Assembly (NCBI GenBank): GCA_964575955.1
Contig: CAZNTG010000006.1
Location: forward strand, 192,001 to 256,000
Source of the DNA: an uncultured Thermoproteaceae archaeon
GTDB taxonomy: Archaea; Thermoproteota; Thermoprotei; Thermoproteales; Thermocladiaceae
DNA length: 64,000 nt
Direction: 5' to 3'
Part shown: positions 1-8,048 of the stretch, one piece after another
How the letters are laid out: each line of letters starts with the position of its first letter
Position numbering within the stretch: position 1 is the stretch's first letter
Translations under genes and position numbers: made by a program
The notes under the pieces: model-generated
The model's database searches: none
What the model saw: only the letters and a program-made list of their open reading frames with translations
What the model was told of the DNA's origin: nothing

Positions 1-31
1 TGCTTTCTATTTAGTAATATGCTGTTACAAC

Positions 32-349
32 TCATAATTGTACCTCTCCCAGATTATAGTCATGTAGTTTCACTCTCTTCAACCCTCCTCTCGCTAATGT
101 AGGTGGATCCCTGTATTCTGTCGCTGGTGCAAAATCTGTTGGCGCAGTACGTAAGTATACCTCTAGATCAAGTTGTGCAATATCAGGATTTGAAGTTCTC
201 TTAAGATTTGGCACTGCTACCATCTCAACTATCTGATTGTCTAAATATTCTTGCGAAATTGATATTACAGGATAGTTAGTACCTACCCATGCTTGTCCAA
301 TAGTCTCACCTCTGTCTCTGAGGTATCTCTTATAGAGCGGCTCCATCAT
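32..349 (-). CDS. Hypothetical protein (island)
   Basis: 105-aa ORF with protein-like composition. Its TGA overlaps the ATG (ATGA) of a following ORF (MSCNSILLNRK...) that runs off the window and is preceded by GAGGT. Confidence 0.5.
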   Translation of the reverse strand: MMEPLYKRYLRDRGETIGQAWVGTNYPVISISQEYLDNQIVEMVAVPNLKRTSNPDIAQLDLEVYLRTAPTDFAPATEYRDPPTLARGGLKRVKLHDYNLGEVQL

Positions 350-641
350 ATTTTTAGAAGGATTTCGTTAAATTAATATTTCGAGAAATCCTGGGTATGT
401 ACGCAGACATACGTTAACTACCAACTACATATTACTGCACCTCACATAAGTGGTTTCACTAATATCTCATTACGGGACCGTTAATGAGAAAACCGTATCG
501 TGCAAAGAATATCTTCTTCATGATACATGCAAGGACATTAGATACAATAAATGCTACTATTATCGGTATAGTTTTCTCGCCACGAAACAGGTCGACAAAA
601 TGTAATCGAAAACAAGAACATTCTAAAGAGTGTATCACCAA

Positions 642-935
642 TCATCCTCTCGGGCGTGGCGTACAGCTCAGCCCTACTATCCTTACTTTAAAGCCAGAAA
701 TCACAACTGATGTTATGAAAGATGCAAATACATAACCAAGAATAATAGCTACTTTATAAAGCATATAGAACTCCTGATAAGATAAGTCAAAAATCTTAGA
801 CATCTGAAGACTTACATACACGAAAAGCACAGATAGAAAGAAGAAGGTTATAAAACATAAGATAGGCCTTACCAGGATACAACATGCAAGCATATATTTG
901 TTACACACCATTATATCATTATGTAACTCGATCAC
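642..935 (-). CDS. Hypothetical membrane protein (possibly a fragment)
   Basis: Two hydrophobic segments in a 97-aa ORF; no recognisable family. Confidence 0.3.
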   Translation of the reverse strand: MIELHNDIMVCNKYMLACCILVRPILCFITFFFLSVLFVYVSLQMSKIFDLSYQEFYMLYKVAIILGYVFASFITSVVISGFKVRIVGLSCTPRPRG

Positions 936-1009
936 ATAAGTAATTAAATATTGCTAATTTCTCCGCATACTTCATTAATCTAGATTAATCCTTAAATTTC
1001 TTAGTTGTC

Positions 1010-1243
1010 TTGTCAAATGTAGTGGTCTCGGCCTGGATTAGTGTGGAGTGTGAGTGTGAGAACTGTGGTTATAAGCGAAGAAGCTCGCATGACGTAGAAA
1101 TTTGTGAAGAGACAAGGTCAGAGTGGTATGAGAAGTGTCCGAGGTGTGGTGGTAACATGAAATGTTACTCAGTATGTCACCCAGCAGATACAAGAGGCTT
1201 TATCGGTGGTTTTGGCGGTCTCAGTGCAGCACTAGGTCGATAG
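1010..1243 (+). CDS. Small zinc-ribbon protein
   Basis: CENCG...CPRCGG double CxxC motif; true start is probably a downstream GTG. Confidence 0.6.
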   Translation: MSNVVVSAWISVECECENCGYKRRSSHDVEICEETRSEWYEKCPRCGGNMKCYSVCHPADTRGFIGGFGGLSAALGR

Positions 1244-1542
1244 AGGAAAATCGGGCTAGATGGTGGATTGCTTTTTCTACTCTTAATCATGTATCCTTAC
1301 AGATAATAATACAGACATCAACAACATGAACAGACACCTCCATACACAATTATAAGTAAGATAACAAATTAAGGCTCAACCCCTCTCTCATTCCCTAGCA
1401 TGCATACCTTACCTAAAGAAAACAATTCCGTTCAAGTAAATACACAGAGTATTCAAAACCTTCCCTTAAGACAAATATAAACGATGGTCACGTAACGTGC
1501 GTAGTTCTTAATTTTTGAGTACTGCTCACTATGCTGTTAACT

Positions 1543-1779
1543 CTATCGAGGTCTGCTAATGAGATTATGTCCAAACTCACTAAATACACTACTAAGTCTG
1601 TGCGGCATAACAGGCTTCTCGTGCACGAGTCTAACTGTCTTTCTCAACTTCCTGATATGGTCACCTAGATCTACGTTCTTATCGCTATGCATCACGAACA
1701 CTATACCAGAGACAGCACTAACTATAGTCAGTGCCGTAGCTATTATTAAAGTACTCCACTTTTGCTTACCAGGTATCAT
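1543..1779 (-). CDS. Hypothetical protein with N-terminal signal/anchor (possibly truncated)
   Basis: Basic N-terminus (KQK) followed by a hydrophobic helix, then a short soluble tail. Confidence 0.3.
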   Translation of the reverse strand: MIPGKQKWSTLIIATALTIVSAVSGIVFVMHSDKNVDLGDHIRKLRKTVRLVHEKPVMPHRLSSVFSEFGHNLISRPR

Positions 1780-2195
1780 CTATACTGCTACTTGCTCACC
1801 TATGAAAGCTGTGTAGACGTACGTGGTAAAGCTTCGACAGGACACTGAATTAAAGGTTTAGAAATCAATGCACATTATGATGACCGTTATTCATGCCTGT
1901 CCGCTTCTTGGACAACGACCACGACCTATAGAACGAGAAGACATTATGCTAAATAATTAACGCCATAAAATATGCATAATCATTACTCTACGATTTACCA
2001 CAATGAGGTATAGCTTGAATTATGTGTGATAACAACATTACCAGGATATGTGATCTAGGCGTGTAGAATATTAATGAGTAGAATACTCAATGTCAGTATG
2101 ATGGTCTCTAAATTATTAATTCTAGCTTCTCTTCTTTGTCTTTTTGTTAATCCATATAGTGTTGTTGTGCATTATGTGTTTTTAGGAGTTAGTCT

Positions 2196-2949
2196 GTGTG
2201 GTGTCTAATCATGCTGTATATGACGGTGATTGGTAATCTTATCATAAATTATGTGCTGTATAGGCAGTTAACCAGGTATAGTGTCTCTGGTTTCTTTTCA
2301 ATAATGAAGTATGTGCTTATACCATACACAATAACGTTCATTATTCCATTATCCGAGATAGGGTATATTGTTGCAAATATGAATACTAGCAAAATGCTTT
2401 ATGGTACTCCAAGACCAGAAGAAATACAGCTTAATTGACATGATTCAAGATCCTCGTAAATTCATGATAGTAGTCCAAGGCTATCTTCCTGAAGAGTACG
2501 CATTTTGCTGCGAGCTATACAAACGATATGGAATTGTAACAGCTAGAGTAGGGATTGGGTCACTATGCATTAGGAAATACTCAGAAAATGCAGTTCATGA
2601 AATTAAGACAATTCTAGAAACAGTTAAACAACATTTACCTTCACAGTGTAGATTACATGCATCTGGTCTAAACATTCGCTTCCTGAAGTACAGGGAAATC
2701 CTAGGACTAATACACAGTTCTGATTCTGCAGCATATGCACAAACATATACCAGGTATGGACGTATCAAGTTATTTGATCCTGAAACAGGTACGGTGAAAG
2801 AACTTGATGTTGTTAGAAATGGTGTAGTACAAAATGTAAGTAGATTAACAATATGGTTTTGGAACATTATGTCATTCTTGCTACATGTTATGTACATCAC
2901 ATCTAGTAATCAATCAACAATTCAGGAATCTTACATGATAGAACTATAA
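2196..2949 (+). pseudogene. Disrupted queuine tRNA-ribosyltransferase-like (DpdA-type deazapurine transglycosylase) gene
   Basis: ORF 2401-2949 has TGT-barrel C-terminal motifs VVQG, VGIGSLC-x-R, LHASG (usually LHxFG) and SSDSAAY. Upstream ORF 2196-2438, in another frame, has VSGFFSIMKY, resembling the N-terminal DSGGF motif without the Asp. Confidence 0.6.
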
Positions 2950-2975
2950 GTCTTAGAGAAAAGATTGAGCATAAC

Positions 2976-3179
2976 GTGAATAAGAAAAGAAAGAAGAGAC
3001 ACAGATCCAGGAAGTACTTGATTGATCTTGTTATTCCTAAGGTACAGTATAGACTTCTCCTGAAGGTTGCTGAAGCGCTTGGATTATCGCTTGAAGATTT
3101 GATTATACGTAGTTTACAAGAGTACTATACATGCTATCTGATACCAGTAGTTATGAATACCACACAAATTAAACAATAA
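2976..3179 (+). CDS. Putative ribbon-helix-helix (CopG-like) DNA-binding protein
   Basis: Basic N-terminus, alternating hydrophobic strand, then LLKVAEALGLSLEDLIIRSL helix-G-x-S-helix pattern. Confidence 0.6.
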   Translation: MNKKRKKRHRSRKYLIDLVIPKVQYRLLLKVAEALGLSLEDLIIRSLQEYYTCYLIPVVMNTTQIKQ

Positions 3180-3218
3180 ACATATCAATATACATAACAC
3201 AAGAGAAGTTGAAAGAAC

Positions 3219-3443
3219 ATGAAGATAGTAGACACAACAGACAACCCATGGTTTGATGTTGGCGCAATTATTATTGAGTTAGATGAAGATGAACACCGCA
3301 TCCTGAAAAAATTTGCTAAAATTATAGGAAAAACAATATACGAAATCCTAGAAGATGCACTCTACTTGACACTAGGCAAGTACCTTGACAGGGTTATAAC
3401 ACTACAACAAGCAAAAACACTACCAACTTCAGGTACTGGATGA
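3219..3443 (+). CDS. Putative ribbon-helix-helix DNA-binding protein
   Basis: IIIELDEDEHRILKKFAKIIGKTIYEILEDAL fits the RHH pattern. Confidence 0.55.
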   Translation: MKIVDTTDNPWFDVGAIIIELDEDEHRILKKFAKIIGKTIYEILEDALYLTLGKYLDRVITLQQAKTLPTSGTG

Positions 3444-3448
3444 TGTGT

Positions 3449-3481
3449 CATGTAAAACATGGCTTAAAAACATGTAAAACA
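3449..3481 (+). repeat. Direct repeat CATGTAAAACA x2 (22-bp period)
   Basis: Exact 11-mers at 3449-3459 and 3471-3481. Confidence 0.7.
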
Positions 3482-3595
3482 CGAACCCACAATCTAACAA
3501 ATCACTCTACCAGATCCTCCAGGTCTTTGGTGTTTTGTTCTTGTTTTTGTGTTTAGGTTCTTCTATTCTTGTTATGTATAGGGGTGTGTTTTGTT

Positions 3596-3625
3596 GTTTT
3601 CTTTACGTATACGTTTTCTTTACGT
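3596..3625 (+). repeat. Direct repeat GTTTTCTTTACGT x2 (17-bp period) spanning the palindrome ACGTATACGT
   Basis: Exact 13-mers at 3596-3608 and 3613-3625. Confidence 0.7.
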
Positions 3626-3749
3626 TTACTTGCTGTGTATAAGATCAAGTATCTCTATGTTGGAAGTATTGGTGGAGGTTGTGTATATGTTGGTATTATG
3701 TTTGGTGTTGGTTTTTGGTTGTATTAAGTGTCTTGTATTGTCTTGAGAC

Positions 3750-4277
3750 ATGGTTAGTCGTGATGTTGTTGAGAAGATCCTGGAGTTGAGGCAACAGAGT
3801 TATAGTATTCGTGAGATTGCGAAACGTGTTGGTTTGTCTCATTCTACGGTTTGGAGGATTTTGAAGAAGATTGAGGATGAGCAGAATAAACGTAATGAAA
3901 CGTCTCAAAACAGTAACAATACAAGTATAATTGAACAAGAGCTTAAGCAACTACAAGCATTAACTCACTGTCTTATTGAACATGTTAAGACACTTGAAAA
4001 TAATGTTTCAATTCTGTCTTATGATGTTGAAGATCTCAAACTTTTCAGGTTTATGATACTTCAGGTTTCTAGATTACGTATTGAAGGTCCAGCACGTTGT
4101 AAATACATTGACGATTATGGTTACTATACTAAGATACTATTACCAGAATGCTTACCTGAAACTAAGTGCCTAGAAGTCATACTAAGTAATGGAACAAAGA
4201 TGTATAGACCAAAGGTACTCGATAATCCAATCATCTGTCTAGCATGTCCATACTACAAACCAAGAAAACTAATCTAA
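3750..4277 (+). CDS. HTH-domain protein with coiled coil and Cys-rich C-terminus
   Basis: N-terminal YSIREIAKRVGLSHSTVWRIL HTH; C-terminal CKY...C...C...CLACPYY putative Zn-binding module. Confidence 0.75.
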   Translation: MVSRDVVEKILELRQQSYSIREIAKRVGLSHSTVWRILKKIEDEQNKRNETSQNSNNTSIIEQELKQLQALTHCLIEHVKTLENNVSILSYDVEDLKLFRFMILQVSRLRIEGPARCKYIDDYGYYTKILLPECLPETKCLEVILSNGTKMYRPKVLDNPIICLACPYYKPRKLI

Positions 4278-4290
4278 TTAGGTAGGGGGC

Positions 4291-4605
4291 ATGGTTGGTC
4301 GTGAGAAAGTAATTGAGAAACAGCTTGATGATATTCGTAATCTTGTTATTGCAATTATTCTTGGTATAGTAATTTCTGTTCCAGCTATGGTATTTGTACA
4401 AGGTATAAAACCTGAACTTAAGATGCCATTTGTAGCGTATTGCATAGGTTTGTTAGTTATGGCGATCTCACTAGTTTATGTACTTAAAAGATCGTGTGAA
4501 GAATATAGTAGGGATCCAGGTATGATGCCGTATCTAGGAATCTATGCGATAGCAATTGTAGTGTTAGCATTAATTACGTTGATGATAGCGATGTTAGTAA
4601 CATGA
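4291..4605 (+). CDS. Small membrane protein (3 TM)
   Basis: Three hydrophobic helices; GGGG-type RBS upstream. Confidence 0.65.
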   Translation: MVGREKVIEKQLDDIRNLVIAIILGIVISVPAMVFVQGIKPELKMPFVAYCIGLLVMAISLVYVLKRSCEEYSRDPGMMPYLGIYAIAIVVLALITLMIAMLVT

Positions 4606-4691
4606 AGCGTAGGAAGGTTGAGCTTGATGAACATGATCTTCCTGTTATAATGGTAGGACTATTAGTGATATTGATAGTGCTGATCGTATAG
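4602..4691 (+). CDS. 29-aa single-TM peptide (not in the ORF track)
   Basis: ATG overlaps the upstream stop (ATGA); MKRRKVELDEHDLPVIMVGLLVILIVLIV*. Confidence 0.4.
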   Translation: MKRRKVELDEHDLPVIMVGLLVILIVLIV

Positions 4692-5337
4692 TTACTTTAA
4701 CGTAGCTAGATGTAGCTGCTGAACTCATTTTGAATTAGTAATAACAATGTCAGGACTTATCATAATGATGCTGATAATACTATTCTAAAGTCATTGATGT
4801 TAAGTTTCAGGTATGCGACCTTATCTGAGTATCTTTGGTGCTGCTACAGTAGTAGGAATGGGATGTTTCAAAACATCTAATGTGATAAGTGTAATAACAT
4901 CATTCAACTACTATTCACGTATCTATCGTGAGTCCAATAGGTAACTTTTACGATAAACTATCAATTTTATATTTGTCATTATATTGAAGTATATATGTTT
5001 AGTATAGTGTTACTTAGAGAGTTATGTTTTTTACTAAGACGCTCGTAAAGAGTTTGTTAATACTGATATACTCTATTACTTTTTTATCAACTCTATTAAT
5101 CTTATGTAAGATTCTAGGTTTACCAATATGTAAACTTTTCTTCCCTGAAACTGTCCTTACCTATAACAGTGTATGATGTTTAATTTCGATGTAAGTTGTA
5201 TGCTTAAAAGGCATTAGCAGATGAGTTAGCCATGTTAGCATACCTCTGAAGGTTGCTAAGCTAAGTTAGTCTCCTACACGTGGTTTTAGATTAATTGTTA
5301 ATGATTGATGATACAGCTTTAAGTCTCGAGTTGCTAA

Positions 5338-6006
5338 TTGAAGGTTGTGAGGCTACTAGTAATATCTGATATACATGATAAGTATGAAAATGTTAAGAAG
5401 TTGAAGGATGTTGAGAGAGATATTACGATAGTACTTGGAGATTTTGTAGAATTTGGAAAACCAGATATTGAAACTGTTGTTAAGATATTGGAAGAACTTT
5501 CAAATCAAGGATTTACACTATACGTACCAGGTAATTGTGATCCTAGAGAATCAACACAAGAGTTAAATATTAAAAATACATTAAATATACATTGTAGATA
5601 TTATATAGTTGATGATTATGTTATTGTTGGTTTTGGAGGTTCAAATCCAACACCATTTAATACACCGTTAGAGTTTACTGAGAGTGAAATTGAGAGAGAT
5701 CTTGAGAAGACTATTCAGGAAGCGTTAGGTACAGGTAAGAAACTAATATTTGCATGTCATGCACCTCCAAGAGATACTGCAATAGATAAGATAGTTACAG
5801 GTGCACATGTTGGATCTATAAGTATTAGAAAGATGATTGAAAAATATAGACCAATAATTGGACTTCATGGACATATTCATGAAGCTTTAGGTATGGAGAA
5901 GATTGGAGAAAGTCTTATACTAAATCCAGGACCATTACTATGGGGTAGATATGCTATTCTAGATGTTAAGAATGGTAAGATATCGATAACCTTCACATCA
6001 CTATGA
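5338..6006 (+). CDS. Metallophosphoesterase (calcineurin-like, Icc/YfcE-like)
   Basis: SDIH, GDF, PGNCD, HAPP and HGHIHE motifs. Confidence 0.92.
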   Translation: MKVVRLLVISDIHDKYENVKKLKDVERDITIVLGDFVEFGKPDIETVVKILEELSNQGFTLYVPGNCDPRESTQELNIKNTLNIHCRYYIVDDYVIVGFGGSNPTPFNTPLEFTESEIERDLEKTIQEALGTGKKLIFACHAPPRDTAIDKIVTGAHVGSISIRKMIEKYRPIIGLHGHIHEALGMEKIGESLILNPGPLLWGRYAILDVKNGKISITFTSL

Positions 6007-6052
6007 TGAGACTACGGGATCTGAATTAGATGTTGATAGCGGCCTCTGCTGA
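6003..6052 (+). ncRNA. Box C/D methylation guide sRNA
   Basis: C ATGATGA (overlaps the upstream stop codon), guide GACTACGGGAT, D' CTGA, C' ATGTTGA, guide TAGCGGCCTCTG, D CTGA; GC-rich guides in an AT-rich background. Confidence 0.88.
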
Positions 6053-6096
6053 GAAATAACCTATAAATTCTCAATATATGCTAATTTGAAGTATTT

Positions 6097-7311
6097 ATGG
6101 AAAATAGTGAGAGAATATTCTACATAGCTAAGGAAGATGAAGTTATTAGTGGAGAGGTCACTGACATATATTTTAAGAGAACTGTAGAAGTATTGAAGGC
6201 TGCAGGTCTTGAAAATGTTAAGGTAAGAGCAGAATTTCACGTAACATCACTACCACGTGGATATAGATGGGCAATCTTTGCAGGGTTGAAAGAGGTTGTA
6301 AATCTTATTCTTAAAGCAAATTTAAAAGTAACACTATACTCACTACCTGAAGGTACAATATTCTTCGAAGATGAACCACTTATGGTTATTGAAGGAAGGT
6401 ATGTAGATTTTGCAGTATATGAGACACCTATACTAGGCATACTTAGACACTACTCATCAATAGCTACAAAAGCTGCAAGAATAAAGAAAGCTGCTGGAGA
6501 TAAGATAGTACTATTCTTTGGTGCACGTGCTGTACATCCAATAATACAGCCAATGGTTGATAGAGCAGCATATATAGGTGGTTGTGATGCTGTTGCAAAT
6601 GTAGTAGGTGCAAAATTGATAAATAAGGAACCTGTAGGAACAATGCCACATGCATTGATGATAATATTTAGACAGGTATATGGTGACCATACACTAGCAT
6701 GGTCATGGTTTGATAAGACACTTCCAGAAAATATACCAAGAATAGTTCTTGTAGACACATTCTACGATGAGAGAGAAGAGACAATACTAGCAGTAAAACT
6801 TCTAGGAAATAAGTTGAGAGGTGTTAGACTTGACACTCCAGGTAGTAGAAGAGGAAATATGAAGAAAATTGTTAAAGAAGTTAAATGGATGTTAAAACTG
6901 TTAGGTAGAGAAGATGTTAAAATTGTTGTTAGTGGTGGTCTTGATGAAGAAGCTATTAAAGAGCTTAGAGAATTAGTAGACATATTTGGTGTTGGTACAT
7001 CAATAGCATTTCCACCAAGCATAGATATTAGTATGGATATAGTTGAAGTATATGATGAAAAACTTGAAGAATGGATACCAATAACTAAGAGAGGTAAGTT
7101 ACCAGGATTTAAACAAGTATATAGATGTTTAGAAGAGATGAAGGATGACGTAAAGCCATGGAATGAGAAGTCAACCATGACATGTAGATCTGGAGAACCA
7201 AAACCACTAATGTTGAAGTATGTTGAAGATGGTAAACTTGTTAGAGATTTACCATCAGATGATGAAATTAGAAGATACGTCTTAGAGCAGTTGAAATATG
7301 TAGAACTTTAA
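6097..7311 (+). CDS. pncB: Nicotinate phosphoribosyltransferase
   Basis: TDIYF, FGAR, GTMPHAL, VDTF, VRLDTP, VSGGL and FGVGT motifs. Confidence 0.93.
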   Translation: MENSERIFYIAKEDEVISGEVTDIYFKRTVEVLKAAGLENVKVRAEFHVTSLPRGYRWAIFAGLKEVVNLILKANLKVTLYSLPEGTIFFEDEPLMVIEGRYVDFAVYETPILGILRHYSSIATKAARIKKAAGDKIVLFFGARAVHPIIQPMVDRAAYIGGCDAVANVVGAKLINKEPVGTMPHALMIIFRQVYGDHTLAWSWFDKTLPENIPRIVLVDTFYDEREETILAVKLLGNKLRGVRLDTPGSRRGNMKKIVKEVKWMLKLLGREDVKIVVSGGLDEEAIKELRELVDIFGVGTSIAFPPSIDISMDIVEVYDEKLEEWIPITKRGKLPGFKQVYRCLEEMKDDVKPWNEKSTMTCRSGEPKPLMLKYVEDGKLVRDLPSDDEIRRYVLEQLKYVEL

Positions 7312-7658
7312 GACTTTCTCTTCGGTATAGTGCATATAAATATTGCTGTCTCATCACCAACATTTACATATTCATGAGGAACGTTCGGTGGTATGTATAT
7401 TGCATATCCTTCAGAAACTATCCACTCTTCATTACCAATAATAACCTTAACCTTACCTTTCAATACGTAGATCTCATGTTCCCAAGGATGTTCATGTCTT
7501 GGAATAACACCTCCGGGATCAACTTCAAAAAGTCTCATTAAGTATGTCGGTGCATCATTTTCACCAATTAGAACTCTCATTCTAACTCTTCTATTATCAG
7601 GAAATGGGTATGTAACATCAACCTGACTATAATGTACAATCTTTGGCTTATCCATCAC
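7308..7658 (-). CDS. Cupin domain protein
   Basis: HEHPWEHEIYVLKG...IPPNVPH cupin metal-binding motifs. Confidence 0.9.
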   Translation of the reverse strand: MMDKPKIVHYSQVDVTYPFPDNRRVRMRVLIGENDAPTYLMRLFEVDPGGVIPRHEHPWEHEIYVLKGKVKVIIGNEEWIVSEGYAIYIPPNVPHEYVNVGDETAIFICTIPKRKS

Positions 7659-7990
7659 CTCACCTTAGATCCTACAGGTACTTCATCTTCATTATCAACT
7701 TTAAGTAGGTATGGTTTACCATTAACATCAGCTGCAAGTAACATTCCCTGAGACTCATATCCAAATATTTTTCTAGGTTCTATATTTGCTAATACTACAA
7801 CCTTTCTATTTACCAAATCTTCAGGTCTATATCTATCAGCTATACCAGCAACAATCTGCCTTATATCACCATTACCTAGATCAACTTTAAGAAGTAGTAG
7901 TTTTCTAGAACCTTCAATCCTACTTGCCTCAAGAACCTTTCCAACTCTAATATCTAACTTTGAAAAATATTCATAACTTATCTTCTCCAT
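7655..7990 (-). CDS. tRNA-binding OB-fold protein (Trbp111/CsaA, MetRS C-terminal-like)
   Basis: FSKLDIRVGKV...RQIVAGI...LANIEPRKIFGYESQGMLLAA. Start moved to MEKISY at 7990; the track's extension is antisense to thiI. Confidence 0.9.
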   Translation of the reverse strand: MEKISYEYFSKLDIRVGKVLEASRIEGSRKLLLLKVDLGNGDIRQIVAGIADRYRPEDLVNRKVVVLANIEPRKIFGYESQGMLLAADVNGKPYLLKVDNEDEVPVGSKVR

Positions 7991-8048
7991 CTTACAGAGA
8001 GTTGAGAAAGGGTATAATAAGGATAACTCATAGACTAGACATAACATA

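Larger units (their letters stand above)
1..5300. mobile_element. Decayed accessory island, probably an integrated virus/plasmid remnant (left end outside the window, right boundary approximate)
   Basis: Low coding density, short and fragmented ORFs, RHH/HTH/Zn-ribbon and small membrane ORFs, a disrupted TGT/DpdA-like gene and short direct repeats. Contrasts with the tightly packed housekeeping genes from 5338 on. No integrase or att site seen. Confidence 0.55.

Noticed and set aside
32-349. Possible HK97-like capsid fragment (ATEYRDPP motif)
   Set aside because: The resemblance is too short to support without a profile search.
1877-1930. ATGATGA motif in the island
   Set aside because: No CTGA D box at the expected spacing.
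1-5337. Search for a CRISPR array, integrase, transposase or tRNA-derived att site
   Set aside because: No regularly spaced repeats, recombinase motifs or tRNA 3' fragments were found by eye; the island boundary remains approximate.
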